A stretch of 48,356 nt of DNA, the filler included, from Sphacelaria rigidula (Eukaryota), in NCBI GenBank assembly GCA_964200075.2. It is 3 parts of 3 records of this genome, joined end to end, with 100 filler letters (N's around TTAATTAATTAA, not from the genome) between each part and the next. Parts side by side here need not be neighbours in the genome. Positions count along the whole stretch, not along the records: positions 32,306 to 48,356 come from CAXNAA020001503.1; 2 more parts are not named here. One strand, given 5' to 3'. Under the pieces are notes generated by a model. That model did not search any database. It had not been told where the DNA came from and saw nothing but the letters and a program-made list of their open reading frames with translations. Below, in pieces: positions 35,527 to 47,316 of this stretch. The translations under genes were made by a program, and so were the position numbers. Numbering within the stretch: the stretch's first letter is position 1; every line of letters starts with the position of its first letter.

Positions 35527-37059
35527 TCGCCTCTTTTTTTTTTCTCCCCGTGTTTATTGTTTTGTACTTTCTATACGGCCTCCTCAGTCGAAGCTATGCG
35601 GTAGAGGCATTGTTTTTCTCGGCACCGGTACTAGATCTTAGCCTGGCTTTCATTTCCATCAATTTTCCTTTCCTCGCTATAGTTTCCCTTCTTTAGGCTT
35701 GCTTTGCTCTATCTTGCCCTTTCCTCCAGTTCCCTTCACGAGTGTCGATCCGCTCATGTACCTTGGCTGCGTCAATCATGGGACGGACCATCGCGGCTGG
35801 GCCCGTAGCGGATCAGTTAACGTGCGACAATTAATCAAAGTCGAATATCTGGTGCATGACGGACAGAACCAACCGTTCTCCCTTCCGAGACAGGCCATGG
35901 GTGGCAGGGGCCTACTTTGCCCCAACGGCCACGGGCGCAAGAGACACCAAGAAGTTATAGGGCTGGGTTGCTTACGCCGGGTGCGGAGAGGGTCGGGGCG
36001 CGGGAAGAGCAGAGCAGGAACCCTTCTCCCGACAGAATGAAGGCAATTCTTTGTGGAAGAAGCTGCCGGAGTTTGGTCGTTGCGTTTGTGAACGGCAACT
36101 AAGCAGTCGAAGAATCGATTCTGCGGGTGCCGTTTGCGTTAGTTGCGCGATTCCTGACCGTGTGCTATGACCGCAAAAGTGAAAAAGGTAGTACATACCT
36201 TGATGAGGTCCAAGGCTTTCCACAAAGGGTGCGATACGACAAAAAAACCACCACGTGGATATCTCTCCTTATGTGGCGGGCTCTACTAACTACGCTTGCT
36301 GGGTTACACATGGGACCTATGATGGGCCTCGTCTACTCCAGAAACCATCGTATGACATGTGGCGATATGTGCCGACACCTGACATGTGCATACTTAGGAT
36401 CAATCAGACACTTCTTCCCGACACTTGGAGCAGTGCGTCGACCTATCACTGTTTCGGCTGGAACAACAGTTGCTATTTCTGGCAGGAAGTGTACCCGACC
36501 GTATCTAGCGCTTTTTCACGAGCTCAAGATTCTACCGTTCTCGTTACTGCGACGCACGTCAGCCACAAGCCACAGAAGCCCACCCGAAGCCAACAGCAAG
36601 CCTGTTTCCGATTCTAGTCAACTCAACACCTCCGCGTTCAACGGCGGACCGCTAATCGAGATCATCTGCGTTGACACAAAATCTGACCTACGGCTGTTGG
36701 CAAATATCCCGTGGAGTCACGTCAACACTGTGCAGTGGCAAAGAGCAACGCTCGAATTTCGGGCGGGATACTGCTGTAGACCTAAAGCTTTGGTCGTTTT
36801 GATGCTCTTGTGAATCCAGAATAATTTTATTAAATTTTCCTCGGCAAGCATATGCAAGGAAACGGTGCGAAATACTATTAATCCCGAACTAAAGATAAGG
36901 ACGGTATACAGTCTCCCTCTCGAGTAGATTTGTACATTCTGGTGCCCCTTGTGTACCGCACACGCAAAAAAACATCTGACAATTGCACGCGTACAAAGAA
37001 AGAAACAAATTCTGCTATCCTACATGGTTACCGAGATAGTATTTCCCCCGCCGAGTGGG

Positions 37060-37127
37060 GGCGTACTCATTTGTTGCTTGCCTTAGTCGTGTGACCATTG
37101 ACCACGCATCCCTTTCGAGACGGAGCA
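37060..37127 (-). mobile_element. Truncated LINE 3'-end copy
   Basis: Reverse complement of ~34093-34160, abutting gagtggggg. Confidence 0.8.
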
Positions 37128-40100
37128 GAGTTGGAGGGATGAGAAACGAAAATCGCCTGCTGCGCTGCTTGACGGTATTACCGAATAAGGGCTGCACTCT
37201 ACCGCTGTTTTACTACGTCCTTGTGCACCTGCCTTTCTTACTCCTGTTCTTATATGGTACCAAATATTTATATCCGACTATGCTGAATCCGATTCCTGCT
37301 TCGCTGTAATCCGGCAGCTTGATCCGTTGCATTGTGTAATGATCCGTCCCGATACACAAAGCGCAGATCCCCGTACACTCCGATCCCTCACATATCTATG
37401 GTTGACAACATGACTACTTGATTTTAGACTTGAGAAAGTTCTGACAAGATGTACTGTATGGATTGAGGCAGGTGAGCAGTGGACCCAGCTCGTCCAGAAC
37501 GTGTCTTTGTCGAAATCGGCGCCTGCGGCGTCGATTTCAGGTCTGCCAACGCACTCTTTGCCTAGGGCAACCTATGCGCCCCCTTGCCCGAGGGTCTCGT
37601 ACGCCTTGGGTCGGGGTTACGGTTAGGGTTAGCGTTATTGTTAGTTTTTTTCGAAGAATGAACGAGATGGACGGCCAAAACTCCAGGTCGCCTCGGATAC
37701 TGTACGATGGCTGAAAGTATTCGGGTACACCCGAGCTGTCGATTGCCCTGTTCTCTTCAGTCGTTCTTGCTATCGACTGTCATGGTAAAAGTTGTGAGTA
37801 GAAAACTGATAAGAGTATGTATGCGAAAGCATGAGGTGATACTGTCGAAAACCAGGATTATCTCGTGTGTCACTCCCGACCTCATCAGACACATCACATC
37901 TCACGCCAGCACCTGGTACATTTCACGTTTGTTCGTACGGTTCGATTACACACTCAAATCCCGTACGAGTACGTACCCAGCTACACAGCATCAAGCATTC
38001 CACGCGCAGTTCTTCGTCGATAAACAAGCAGGCAGGCACACACCCACCGCGTAGTGCTTTGTGCAAGCTACCCTTGACCATTGAACCTTCCGCATCTCCT
38101 TTGTCCTTCCGTTTGCTTGCCATTGTCCCGCTCGGAGCCTTCCTCTGCGAACGTGTCAGCCCTCCAGCGATCTGCCTTCCTCTGGCACTGGTCGACCCGT
38201 CATCGTCGCGTGCCGGCAAAGAACTCACAATGCAATGACGACAGCCATCATCCCATGATGCGACGATATATATCGCAATTATAGAGCACGTCAACTCAAA
38301 GCCGTCGGCTCGGAAGGATACGGCACTTGGTGATATACATGGGTGCCATCGTCGTGCGGTGGTATGTTCAGTCGTTGTCGCGCCCCGCGACCGTAGAGAA
38401 TCCTAGGAGTAACTTCGTCGCTTGCTGTATCGTGTGACGTCAAGCGGCAGTTCCGTTACTTCTAGTGGGGATCGGCCCGGAGCAGCAGCGTACATACACG
38501 GCACAAACTAGCCCCTCGTCATTATAATTTGTACGGTGTGCAGAAAAACCGCCCCATCTTTTTCGCGTCCAGCGTACGAATGGCGCAAAATACCCGACTG
38601 CGACAGCACACTTGATTGTCTGCGGTATCGTCCGCAACATGGGGCGTATGGTGCCGTTCTGATGGGAGGTTATGTGCACCTGCGTAGCGATAAAAACGCC
38701 ACCCCATCGACCACGCCTCTCACTGTTTAATTTGGTCTTTTCGAGAGGTCATTATTCCCACGTACATAGTTTGATACACACCAGCCTTTTGTCTATGGTC
38801 GCCGAAACAATCGACATCACGCAGTCAGGCTGTTGTGCTGTTGTACTCTTCGATATCCAGTGGATGAGGTCCGGCCAGGACTGACTCTGTGGTAGGTCCT
38901 TCTCAGCCCGACTATTTAAGTCCATCAAATTTACATGTACTCGCCACCCCACGATATCCGTGGTAACCCTACATGGTTTGCAAGTGTCCGCCCTCACGGC
39001 TTCCTGTCGTTTATGAGCGAGTCTTTGGACGCTGGCGCTGAAAGGACGGCCGATCATGGCGAATACAGGTTTGCCATGAGATCGCTGAAGACTAACCTCT
39101 TCAAAATGAGGCGAAGAGCAAATCGACGGGATCAGGCAGGCCGGCCGAACGGGTGAAGGCGTCGATGGATTCTGAAGGACTGGCGCATGGATGGATGTTC
39201 TACGGCTGAAACGACTCAACCAAGTACATGAAGACCAAGTCGTGAGTGCGAACGAACTGCTAAACAACAGTAGAAAACAGCAGTACAAACAAAATGCAGC
39301 ACGAGTGTTCAGTAGATGATACTACTGTACTGCTGACCGGCAAGCGTACCTTTACCTCACAACGGAGCACATGTATACGTACTACTCGAATAAGATCGAG
39401 CTACTTTCCTTCATTGATTACAGCTGTGGGCCGTTTATGACGAAAACGGCGAGGATCCTCCCCTTCGTATACAGTGTCTGGGGTCTTGCTCAGATTGCTT
39501 CCTAATTGTTTGAGGTTCATCCACGGTCGTAACGATCAGGTTTAAAAAGCTTCGACTCGTATACCACGTCATGATGTCATACGACGGGTGTACTAACGAC
39601 CGGTCAGTCTCCTCTGGACTCCGTAAGACACATCCCGACGCACGGAGACACGAGAGATGGCAAGGTCTTCAATGTATATTACTCATGCGGAGCATGGTGT
39701 GATGGCTACGGACTGGCACGATAGCTTTTGGAGAGCTTCATTCGACTGGACATACGTGCTGCAGACCTCAAACAGAAGTAAATTGAAAATTACGCCGCAT
39801 TTCTCGCGTCCTGTATCCTGGAAAAGAAGTGGAGTTACACTGACATGAACAGTTGGGAGATTGCGATGGAGTACACGACAAAAGAGAGTTCGATATAACG
39901 GGGCATTTACTGCAGTATTGCGTTGCGCACCAGGCAGCCAGCTGCTCTGCCGAAACGCCGTCTCTCTCGAATCCTGCAAGTACAGACTGTTTCCGAGAGC
40001 GCCCGTAGACTAAAATCTTGATCACCATACTCGTACCCCCGCACCTTCCCCCACCCCTTCGGTAGGGAAAAATTCAACTTCACAACAAGTGATCCCAAAG

Positions 40101-40513
40101 TACATCGTAGTGTACTTCGGGGTCTCAACTCTTGTGCTTCTCCCATTCGTTGTTTACATCCAGAAAAAAGGTGCACCCTCTGCTTCCTCTGAATGATATT
40201 TTAATAGTGTACGTTTCATACTGGTTACCGAGGAACCAAGATATACTCGACGTTGCGCTAATAATAACCCACGACTTCGTGCTTTTCCTTGTTGTCGGCG
40301 ATACTGCGTAATGTGTAGGATTCCTGTTCAAACAACTGCAGCAAAGCACTCTTGGTGCGACTATAGCAGGAACATTGCCGTTTTGCTGCCCCCGAAGCCA
40401 GGATACCCAGCAGCCAAACTTGGCTTGAGTTTGGGCCACCTACTTGTACGGATGAAGCAAAACCCTTGATCATTTGGAGGTAAAACGATTTGATTGGTTG
40501 ATTTTCAACATGT

Positions 40514-40940
40514 ATGTGCTTCATAGATCTTCAGAAAGTCTACGATTCCGTGGACCGCACGCTCCTGTAGGAAGTGCTTGCCCGGTTCGGCGTCTCACCG
40601 CGAATGATCACGAACATCCGTGTGTTTCACGACGGCGTGCGAGCTGGGGAACAGCTGGATGACGACAAACGATTCGCGTGGTTCCACGTCAGCAAGGGAC
40701 TCAGACAAGGTTGCGTTTCGTCCCCACGACCGTTCGACATCTTTGGCTCAGCCCTGGTCGATGTGATCGTACAGCTATTCGCGGCGGGTCCAGTGATCGT
40801 CTTAGGCTTGGTTTTTCGATACTTGGTATGTCTAAATGATGCGTATAAAGATGACGATGGTGAACTTCTGGAATAGACGCCGCTGTCGAAGGTACGGGGG
40901 GCGGTTTGGGACAATCAATCAAACAAATCAATCAATCAAG
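40514..40940 (+). mobile_element. RTE-clade-like LINE reverse transcriptase fragment followed by an (ATCA)n tract
   Basis: CFIDLQKVYDSVDRTLL*EVLARFGV...FHDG...GLRQGCVSSP..F, then aatcaatcaaacaaatcaatcaatca. Confidence 0.8.
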
Positions 40941-41311
40941 TGTTGTGAGTTGTCATGAATACAGTCTGTTTATCCTCAATCCCACAGGAGTCAGTGTTAC
41001 GCCCGATTTAGTGTCACGTTCTTCACCACCATCCCGAAAACAAGATGTGACGAGATCAAAGATGAAGGCAAAGCAAAAAATGGCAAGGATAGCGATACAC
41101 AGCTATAGTTATATCTAAAACTACGTTCTCACCGAAGTTTGGCTCAATTCCACACAGTACAGCGCACAAACCAGCGATGGATACCCCTCCCAAAGAAGCT
41201 CAGGCAGAAACGGAAATTTGGACAAGCCAAAATCATTGTCCAAGTACCCGTCCGAGACGCAATCGAAGATTACTGATACTGCACGAATACCAGCAAGTCC
41301 AAACTCTACAG

Positions 41312-41747
41312 AACAGTCGATCATCAAAATTAGGAGGGAGAATTTTCATCAAGGATGAGAACCCGGAGGATTCAAATCTTCGCATCCACATCAAATCTTC
41401 GAAGTATGGTTCAATTCCTTCACCTACTGGTACATATTGACAACTGCTTCACTCGCCCTACAAATTTGGATTTCGATAACCAAAATGTTGGGGTTCAGGA
41501 TGAAAAAGCAATTTTGGGAAATTCAAGTGATCCGATCGGATCGCCGAAATTGATTCTTCACCTAGGACCCCAACATTTCGGTTATCGAGATCACAATTCA
41601 CATGGCGTGTAGCAGTTGTCAATAGCTCCCGGTAGGTGAAGGAATGGAACAATATTTCGAAGATTTGGTGTGGATACGAAGATTTTAATCCTCCGGGTTG
41701 TCATCCTCAGTGAAAAGCTCCATCCTCAATTTCGATGATCGGCTGTT
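41312..41747. mobile_element. Foldback MITE, palindromic over its whole length
   Basis: aacagtcgatcatcaaaatt...aacccggaggatt.aaatcttcg.atccaca.caaatcttcgaa pairs with the right arm. The centre is gatccgatcggatc, and ACAG lies on both flanks. Confidence 0.8.
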
Positions 41748-42449
41748 ACAGGCAGATACAACTACTGTAGCTACTAACCATCGTTCAAGACCAAGAGTGT
41801 ACCAATCAACTCTCGGGATAGTGCATTATTCGCAGTAGGTGATGATCACTTTGTTAGGTAATATTGAGTGTATTATAGTACAATACCCTGCCGTGGTCGC
41901 GAAGGCTGCCGCTGGTAGCGGTTAAGCTAACCGAGGAGCGTGTCGAATACACGAGACAAGAAGATGGTGCTGTTTAAAAAGGGAGCTTGCGGCCAACAAA
42001 GGCTTGAACCATGGACTGTGTCGAAGGTTCAGGAGATACTGAAAACTGACGAACGAAGAATCGAAGATTACAGTAAACAGCATGGGATTGCTCTTGTTTT
42101 TTCGTCGGCTAGTCTGCTCTTATGTTCTCGAAGCTCGCATCCTTGTTGCCTTCAGTGCGTCTGTCTTTTCGAAGGCCGGGCCGTCCATACCTACAGTCAC
42201 AGTAGTGTATATCTGCAAATACGACTGAAATTTCGTGCGAAAATGGGATTTTCTCAGACTGCCCACGAGCGTTTCTTGGTCTAGAACATCATGGCAACTG
42301 AAATGTTCTACAGTACCCATGTATGTACTTATTACTTCCAGAAATAATCGACACAATTTTCTCATTGTGATGCAGCATAGTAGCTGCTACGACTACAACA
42401 AATTAACCAATGCTACTGAAGATTATTGCTTGAATAGGTAGATGGTCTA

Positions 42450-45400
42450 AGCCCCCTATCGTCAACACGGATCTGGTCCCGGATCCGCCCCCCCCACCAT
42501 CTCCCTTCCGCCGTCGCACCACCACGACATCCCACCATGAGCCATACGAACAACTACTCCCGACACCCCGGTTCGATCTTCGATGGTGCGCGGTGGACCC
42601 GCTCCTTTCATTGCTCGCCGTTTGGGCAGCCCCTCCCATAATAAGATCGGCCGAATGCGCCCCTGTTTTCGCCATCGGTACCACCAGTGGGACTCGCATC
42701 CAGCCAACAGATGGGTGAAAATCCACAGTGCCAAGGATACTGTTCGTCGGGCGGCGAAGCACTCTCGCTCCCGTCCATCAGATTTCCCACCGCGAAGTAT
42801 ATCGTGTTCTCCAGTACGTACCGGCGTCACCGTTCACAATGCGTTTTGCGGTGTCTTGCAGCGCGTCTGAGCCCTGCGGCGTGATACAACCGGAGGACAT
42901 AGCCACGAGTGCAATAACCCATTGATGCGTATCGATGAAAGTCACGACGCACACTTTTCAAGTGCTTCCCGAACAATCTCCTGGGGTAGATGATGAAGTG
43001 AATTGCGGAGATCTCCTCCTCACCTATTCCCGGGTCCAGCTGCGCAGCGAGCACTACAAACAAGCTCACTGCTATGACGCCACCACAACAAATTGTGTAA
43101 GTCACGACTAGAGGGGTGGGGGAACACCGCACGGCGCGGGTGTGCTTCTCCTGTCGCCGCCGTTCCCCCCTTTCGCCGTCTGTCAATGCGGCAAGATGCG
43201 ATGGTGAAATCGACCGTACACCCGCGCATGGGCGCCGACACCCGCATCCGGCGCCGTTATCAATGCCGGCGACGCCCCGCTTGGCTCGGTCTCCCGCCTG
43301 TCGCCGCCGCAAGGTATGTCCGCGGGCTGCCCCTGCCAGACTTCTGCCGTCGATATCTCCACCTGCCCTAGTTGCTACCACCGGCGGCATCGCCGCTTCC
43401 CCCCGCCCCCCTACCCGCCTGACGCCGTCGCTGCATGTCACCGGCGGGTCACCATCGCCAGCCCGCCGCCAACAGCCGCTGCCGCCGCCGCTACTCGCCG
43501 CCCGGGCTCGCCTATCACCACTACTATATTCGACTGCTGGGCCATTCCCCCGATCCCGCATCCAGCAACACCAGCGTATTCTGCCGGGCGCGCCATCATT
43601 GCCGTCGCTCTCGCAACCGTCCGTTCCCCTGCCACCGCCGTCGTAGCAGTCTCTGGACGGGTTCTGTCGCCCTATCGCCCACGACACTCGCACCGGAAGC
43701 CGATCCCTCCCCGGCTCGCTCACGTATAACCGCTGCGGCGCTCATCCCTGGACAGCCCCGTCTAGCCCCTCACTGGCTGTACGCATGCCGAGCGCCGTAG
43801 CCGACACAAACCCGCTCCCGCCGGCCGCCGTCGTCGCAGAACTCAGCCCTTGCTCCCGCCCAACGTGCCCTCCTACCCCTGCGAGCCGTTGGCGTAAAGG
43901 CGCTGAGGGCAGGCGGTATACTGGCCCCGTGCGTGACGATTGAGGGGCCATTCTTTTTCTCAACTTGTAGCAAGCTCTAGAATTCTCTAGAAGTCTGGCC
44001 CTTGGGGAAGGGCTTCGTCAACGTTGGATCAAACTCCATGTACTTTTGGAGCTTATCCACTCACTCTTGTTGCTTATGCGCCTTGATCATTCCCGTGTCG
44101 GGGTCGTCGTATGCAAGCATCAACTCCTCCGCCCCGGCGTCCACCCGTCCAGTACGCGCTGTGGGAGAGTGGTAGGCTTCGACTGCCGGGTACCCGCCCT
44201 CTGAAGCGGCCTGATGAGGGTCCCAGTGCCCGTCCATAGCGTAGTCGACGGCATGACACTGTGCTTCATAGTATGAATCTGGGTGTTCTCCATCGGGACA
44301 GGGCGATCCTATTCACTGCACGGCAATACTATCGTTGGAGTACCCTAAATCCGAGCAGGGAACACGGTGGGAGAGGATCAAACGGTCAACGGGGCGGTAT
44401 GAGGGAGAGATAAACGTCTGTCAGGAGGAAATGCATCGATCGGTCTGCCCCTTCGGAGTACACACTCTGAATACATTCAAGAAAATGTGACATTGGTCCA
44501 CCAACACAATCAGTATTTTTGCAGCGACAGCCTGAAGCAGGCGGTTGAGTGCCTGAGGTTGAGGGGTCGGAGTTAATCGTGCGCGTTTCCCGCCGTTGCC
44601 GCCACCAGACCACAGATCAATAGAACATGTCCCTTTCACCTCCATTGGAATCGAGGAAGCTGAGAGGTACGGACGCTACGAGCTTGAGGAGTATCTCCTC
44701 CTCCTCCTCCTGGGAAATATTGGGTATCCCCACAATCCCTCACAAAGCGATCAGCAGCTCCTGCGTATACATGGTGTATTGTTCTTGATACTGGACGTCA
44801 AAGTCGAGATCTTGCCTTGGCTCTTCGTCGATTCGGTCGTAATGTTGCTCGGCGGGATCGTTTATACCTTCTGCTTAGTTGCACCCCCCTTGGTCTTGTC
44901 GCCCAACACGTAGCACGCGATATTACCCTCCAGCTTCTTCTGAGACACGCTGTAGCACGACAGAACGGCCGCTGCCTGCGGGTCGCTGACCACTCGCCCG
45001 TCCAGCGCATTCAGGACCTCGTTGCCGGGTGGCTTAAAGGCGGGAGTACTGTGTAGCTCCTAATACGCCCTAGTGACGCGGGGCTGGCACTCGAGGAACG
45101 GATCTCTTGCAGTGTTCCTCCCGGCACCCTCCCCGAGAAACAGTTGCTCCTTCACCTTCCTTTCCGCCACATCTCGGCATTCGGCAATAGGGGTAGCATC
45201 TCGAGATCAATAGGGGTCCTTTAGTTGACGACTTTTGTGAGAGCCTGCTCCTTACATCCTGCCTCTCTTCAAGCCCCACTCTTGCTCAACTCGTGTTGTC
45301 GCGCAACGATACCGAAAATAGCTGTTCCTTGATCTTCCAGTCCGATTCTGGTATGTATGCCATATGCATGAGGTGGAGGACGACCAGCCACTGGTAGCGG

Positions 45401-46830
45401 TCCTTACCTGACACCCAGAAAAAAGCTGCCATGCGGCGAAGACCAGCCATCCGAAGCAGGAAGTTGCCCACGCCATACACGCTGTGCAGTAATGGAGGAC
45501 AAAGCTCTCCGACACCCTGAAACTCTTGTGGTTTCCCGCCCGCGCCCGAACCCAAGCTCGAATGGCGGGAAGCCCCTCCTCGCATGCACCTTCACCTTGT
45601 TGGCGACGCCGCGAAACTCTTCGGCTAAAGTGCTCCACGGTTTTATCCAGGGGTTCACGGTTCTCATTGTGTTGGCCACGCCGACGTTCAGCCGCCGCTC
45701 CTGCCGCTGTTCCGGTGCTGGAGGGCGCCGTTGATGCGATGTCGGGGGCCGACCCTTTTCGGCTACAAGTCGCTACCGCTGGTGCTGCGGCGACGGTGGC
45801 GAATGCTCCCATGCTGACGACGATCGCCGACGCTTTTCCGCTGTTAGCATCGGATGGGAACAGTCCCCTCCCACAATCGCGGACATCTACCAATCCCACA
45901 CTGGCGTGGAAGACGCAGACCAGTGGTTCCCTGACGTCCGCGATACCGTTTGCCGGCGCGGAGCCGCAGCCCTCGCCGCGGCAATGGCGTTGTTCTGCAA
46001 CAACAGGGTTCGATGTCGGGAGGGATGCCGGTCGCAATGGTTTCTGATTCGTGTTGGGACCCTCTGTCGGCGCCGCAGGACCCAGTGTTATTATGGTGGC
46101 GGACGGTGACGCCGGCCCGATGCCACGTGGGCACGCTGCCTTATTCTCATTCCGCAGAGGCAATGGGACGGCGGTGCCCGCAGATTGTTCTTCAGTGGCG
46201 GCGTCCGGTGGTACGGGTGGTGTTGCCGCGGCGCCTCGTGCTCGTGTGGATGCTTCCGCGGGGTCCGGCGCTGGTGCTGCAGCAGCGCACGATGCTTTGA
46301 CGGCGCACAAGCGCCCGCCGCGGTCCCTGAGTTGGTCTCCTCCATACCGGGGCCATTCTCGGAGTATTACATGGTCAAGATTTCGTTCCGCATGACTGCG
46401 AAGAATATACTGATGGGTGGTGTGCCGTACGGTAGTTGCCAGTCTCTGATGCTTTTCTGCCGTCCAGACCAATGAGCTCTCCAACGTGCTCTATCCTCAT
46501 CTCTGAGTATCGCTTCCTGAACGCCTTCGCCATGTAGTACAGAAGATGCCATTCACCCACTTATATTCTGAGCCAGTGATACCGACCGGGATTACTCCGG
46601 ATAGGGTGGTTCATGATCCGGAACGTCTCCCCGTCATCGGCAACCCTACACGCCACCGCCGCGCCCCTCTTATCCCCGCGGCGTCGGCATTCCGACCAAT
46701 CGCGGCTTTCGAGTCGGCCCAACTCTTCGTGCCCCCCAATTGCATGACCAGATACTTAAACACCTGTGACTCCCTCTGCATCGTAGGTGTCGTCTCGTCG
46801 GTACAGTCGATGGCGGGGTGAATAAAGAGG
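42450..46830 (-). pseudogene. Degenerate DNA-transposon coding relic, Academ-like transposase; boundaries approximate
   Basis: Across stops and frameshifts it reads VADDGETFRIM...NPGRYHWLRI*VGEWHLLYYMAKAF...GNYRTAHH (46660-46400) and GNFLLRMAGLRRMAAFFWVSGKDRYQWLVVLHLMHM...FSVSL...VGLEERQ (45480-45260). From memory this matches the D..GxxH..NY / GN..L..M..FF..G...Y motif series of Academ/DUF6589-type transposases. Confidence 0.5.
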
Positions 46831-47272
46831 GCAAAATATAGGTGTTACACAGTGTTTCATATTATTTACTCACAATTTCAATCCCTGCCTCATTTGGGAT
46901 GGGTCTGTGCTATCAAAGGATCATCCTACACCTCCCCTGATATACGCCTTTTATTTCGGTATCGCAGATTGGATCAGCCCTCCTACTTACCCTGTGCTGT
47001 GGTGAGAAGATTTATTTTGCGAATCACGACCTCGCGTTTTTGAAGACGAAAGTCTAACATTCATCCGACAGAACCAGACGGCGTCTACCGGGAAATCGAA
47101 CTTACGACCGCAGTTTGCAGGACTTGATTTTTGAAGACTTGAACCCGACCGCCATATATGCACTACTACCGTGCATGGCGTTTTCTTCTTGCGAGCGAGG
47201 GACTTCAGCACCAAGAACTATATTTCGCAGACAATACAATACTCTGCCCCACACCGCACGTTACTGCATTGC

Positions 47273-47316
47273 ACTGTGCTGTGCTGTGCTGTGCTGTACT
47301 GTGCTGTGCTGTGCTG
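47273..47316. repeat. (CTGTG)n pentanucleotide microsatellite
   Basis: ctgtgctgtg... run. Confidence 0.9.

Noticed and set aside
36127..36813. 228-aa ORF
   Set aside because: It has no recognisable motif or splice support and only a non-ATG start.
45252..46484. 410-aa ORF as an intact host gene
   Set aside because: It is mostly low-complexity, and the conserved-looking motifs fall in other frames on either side. It is better explained as part of a frameshifted transposase relic.
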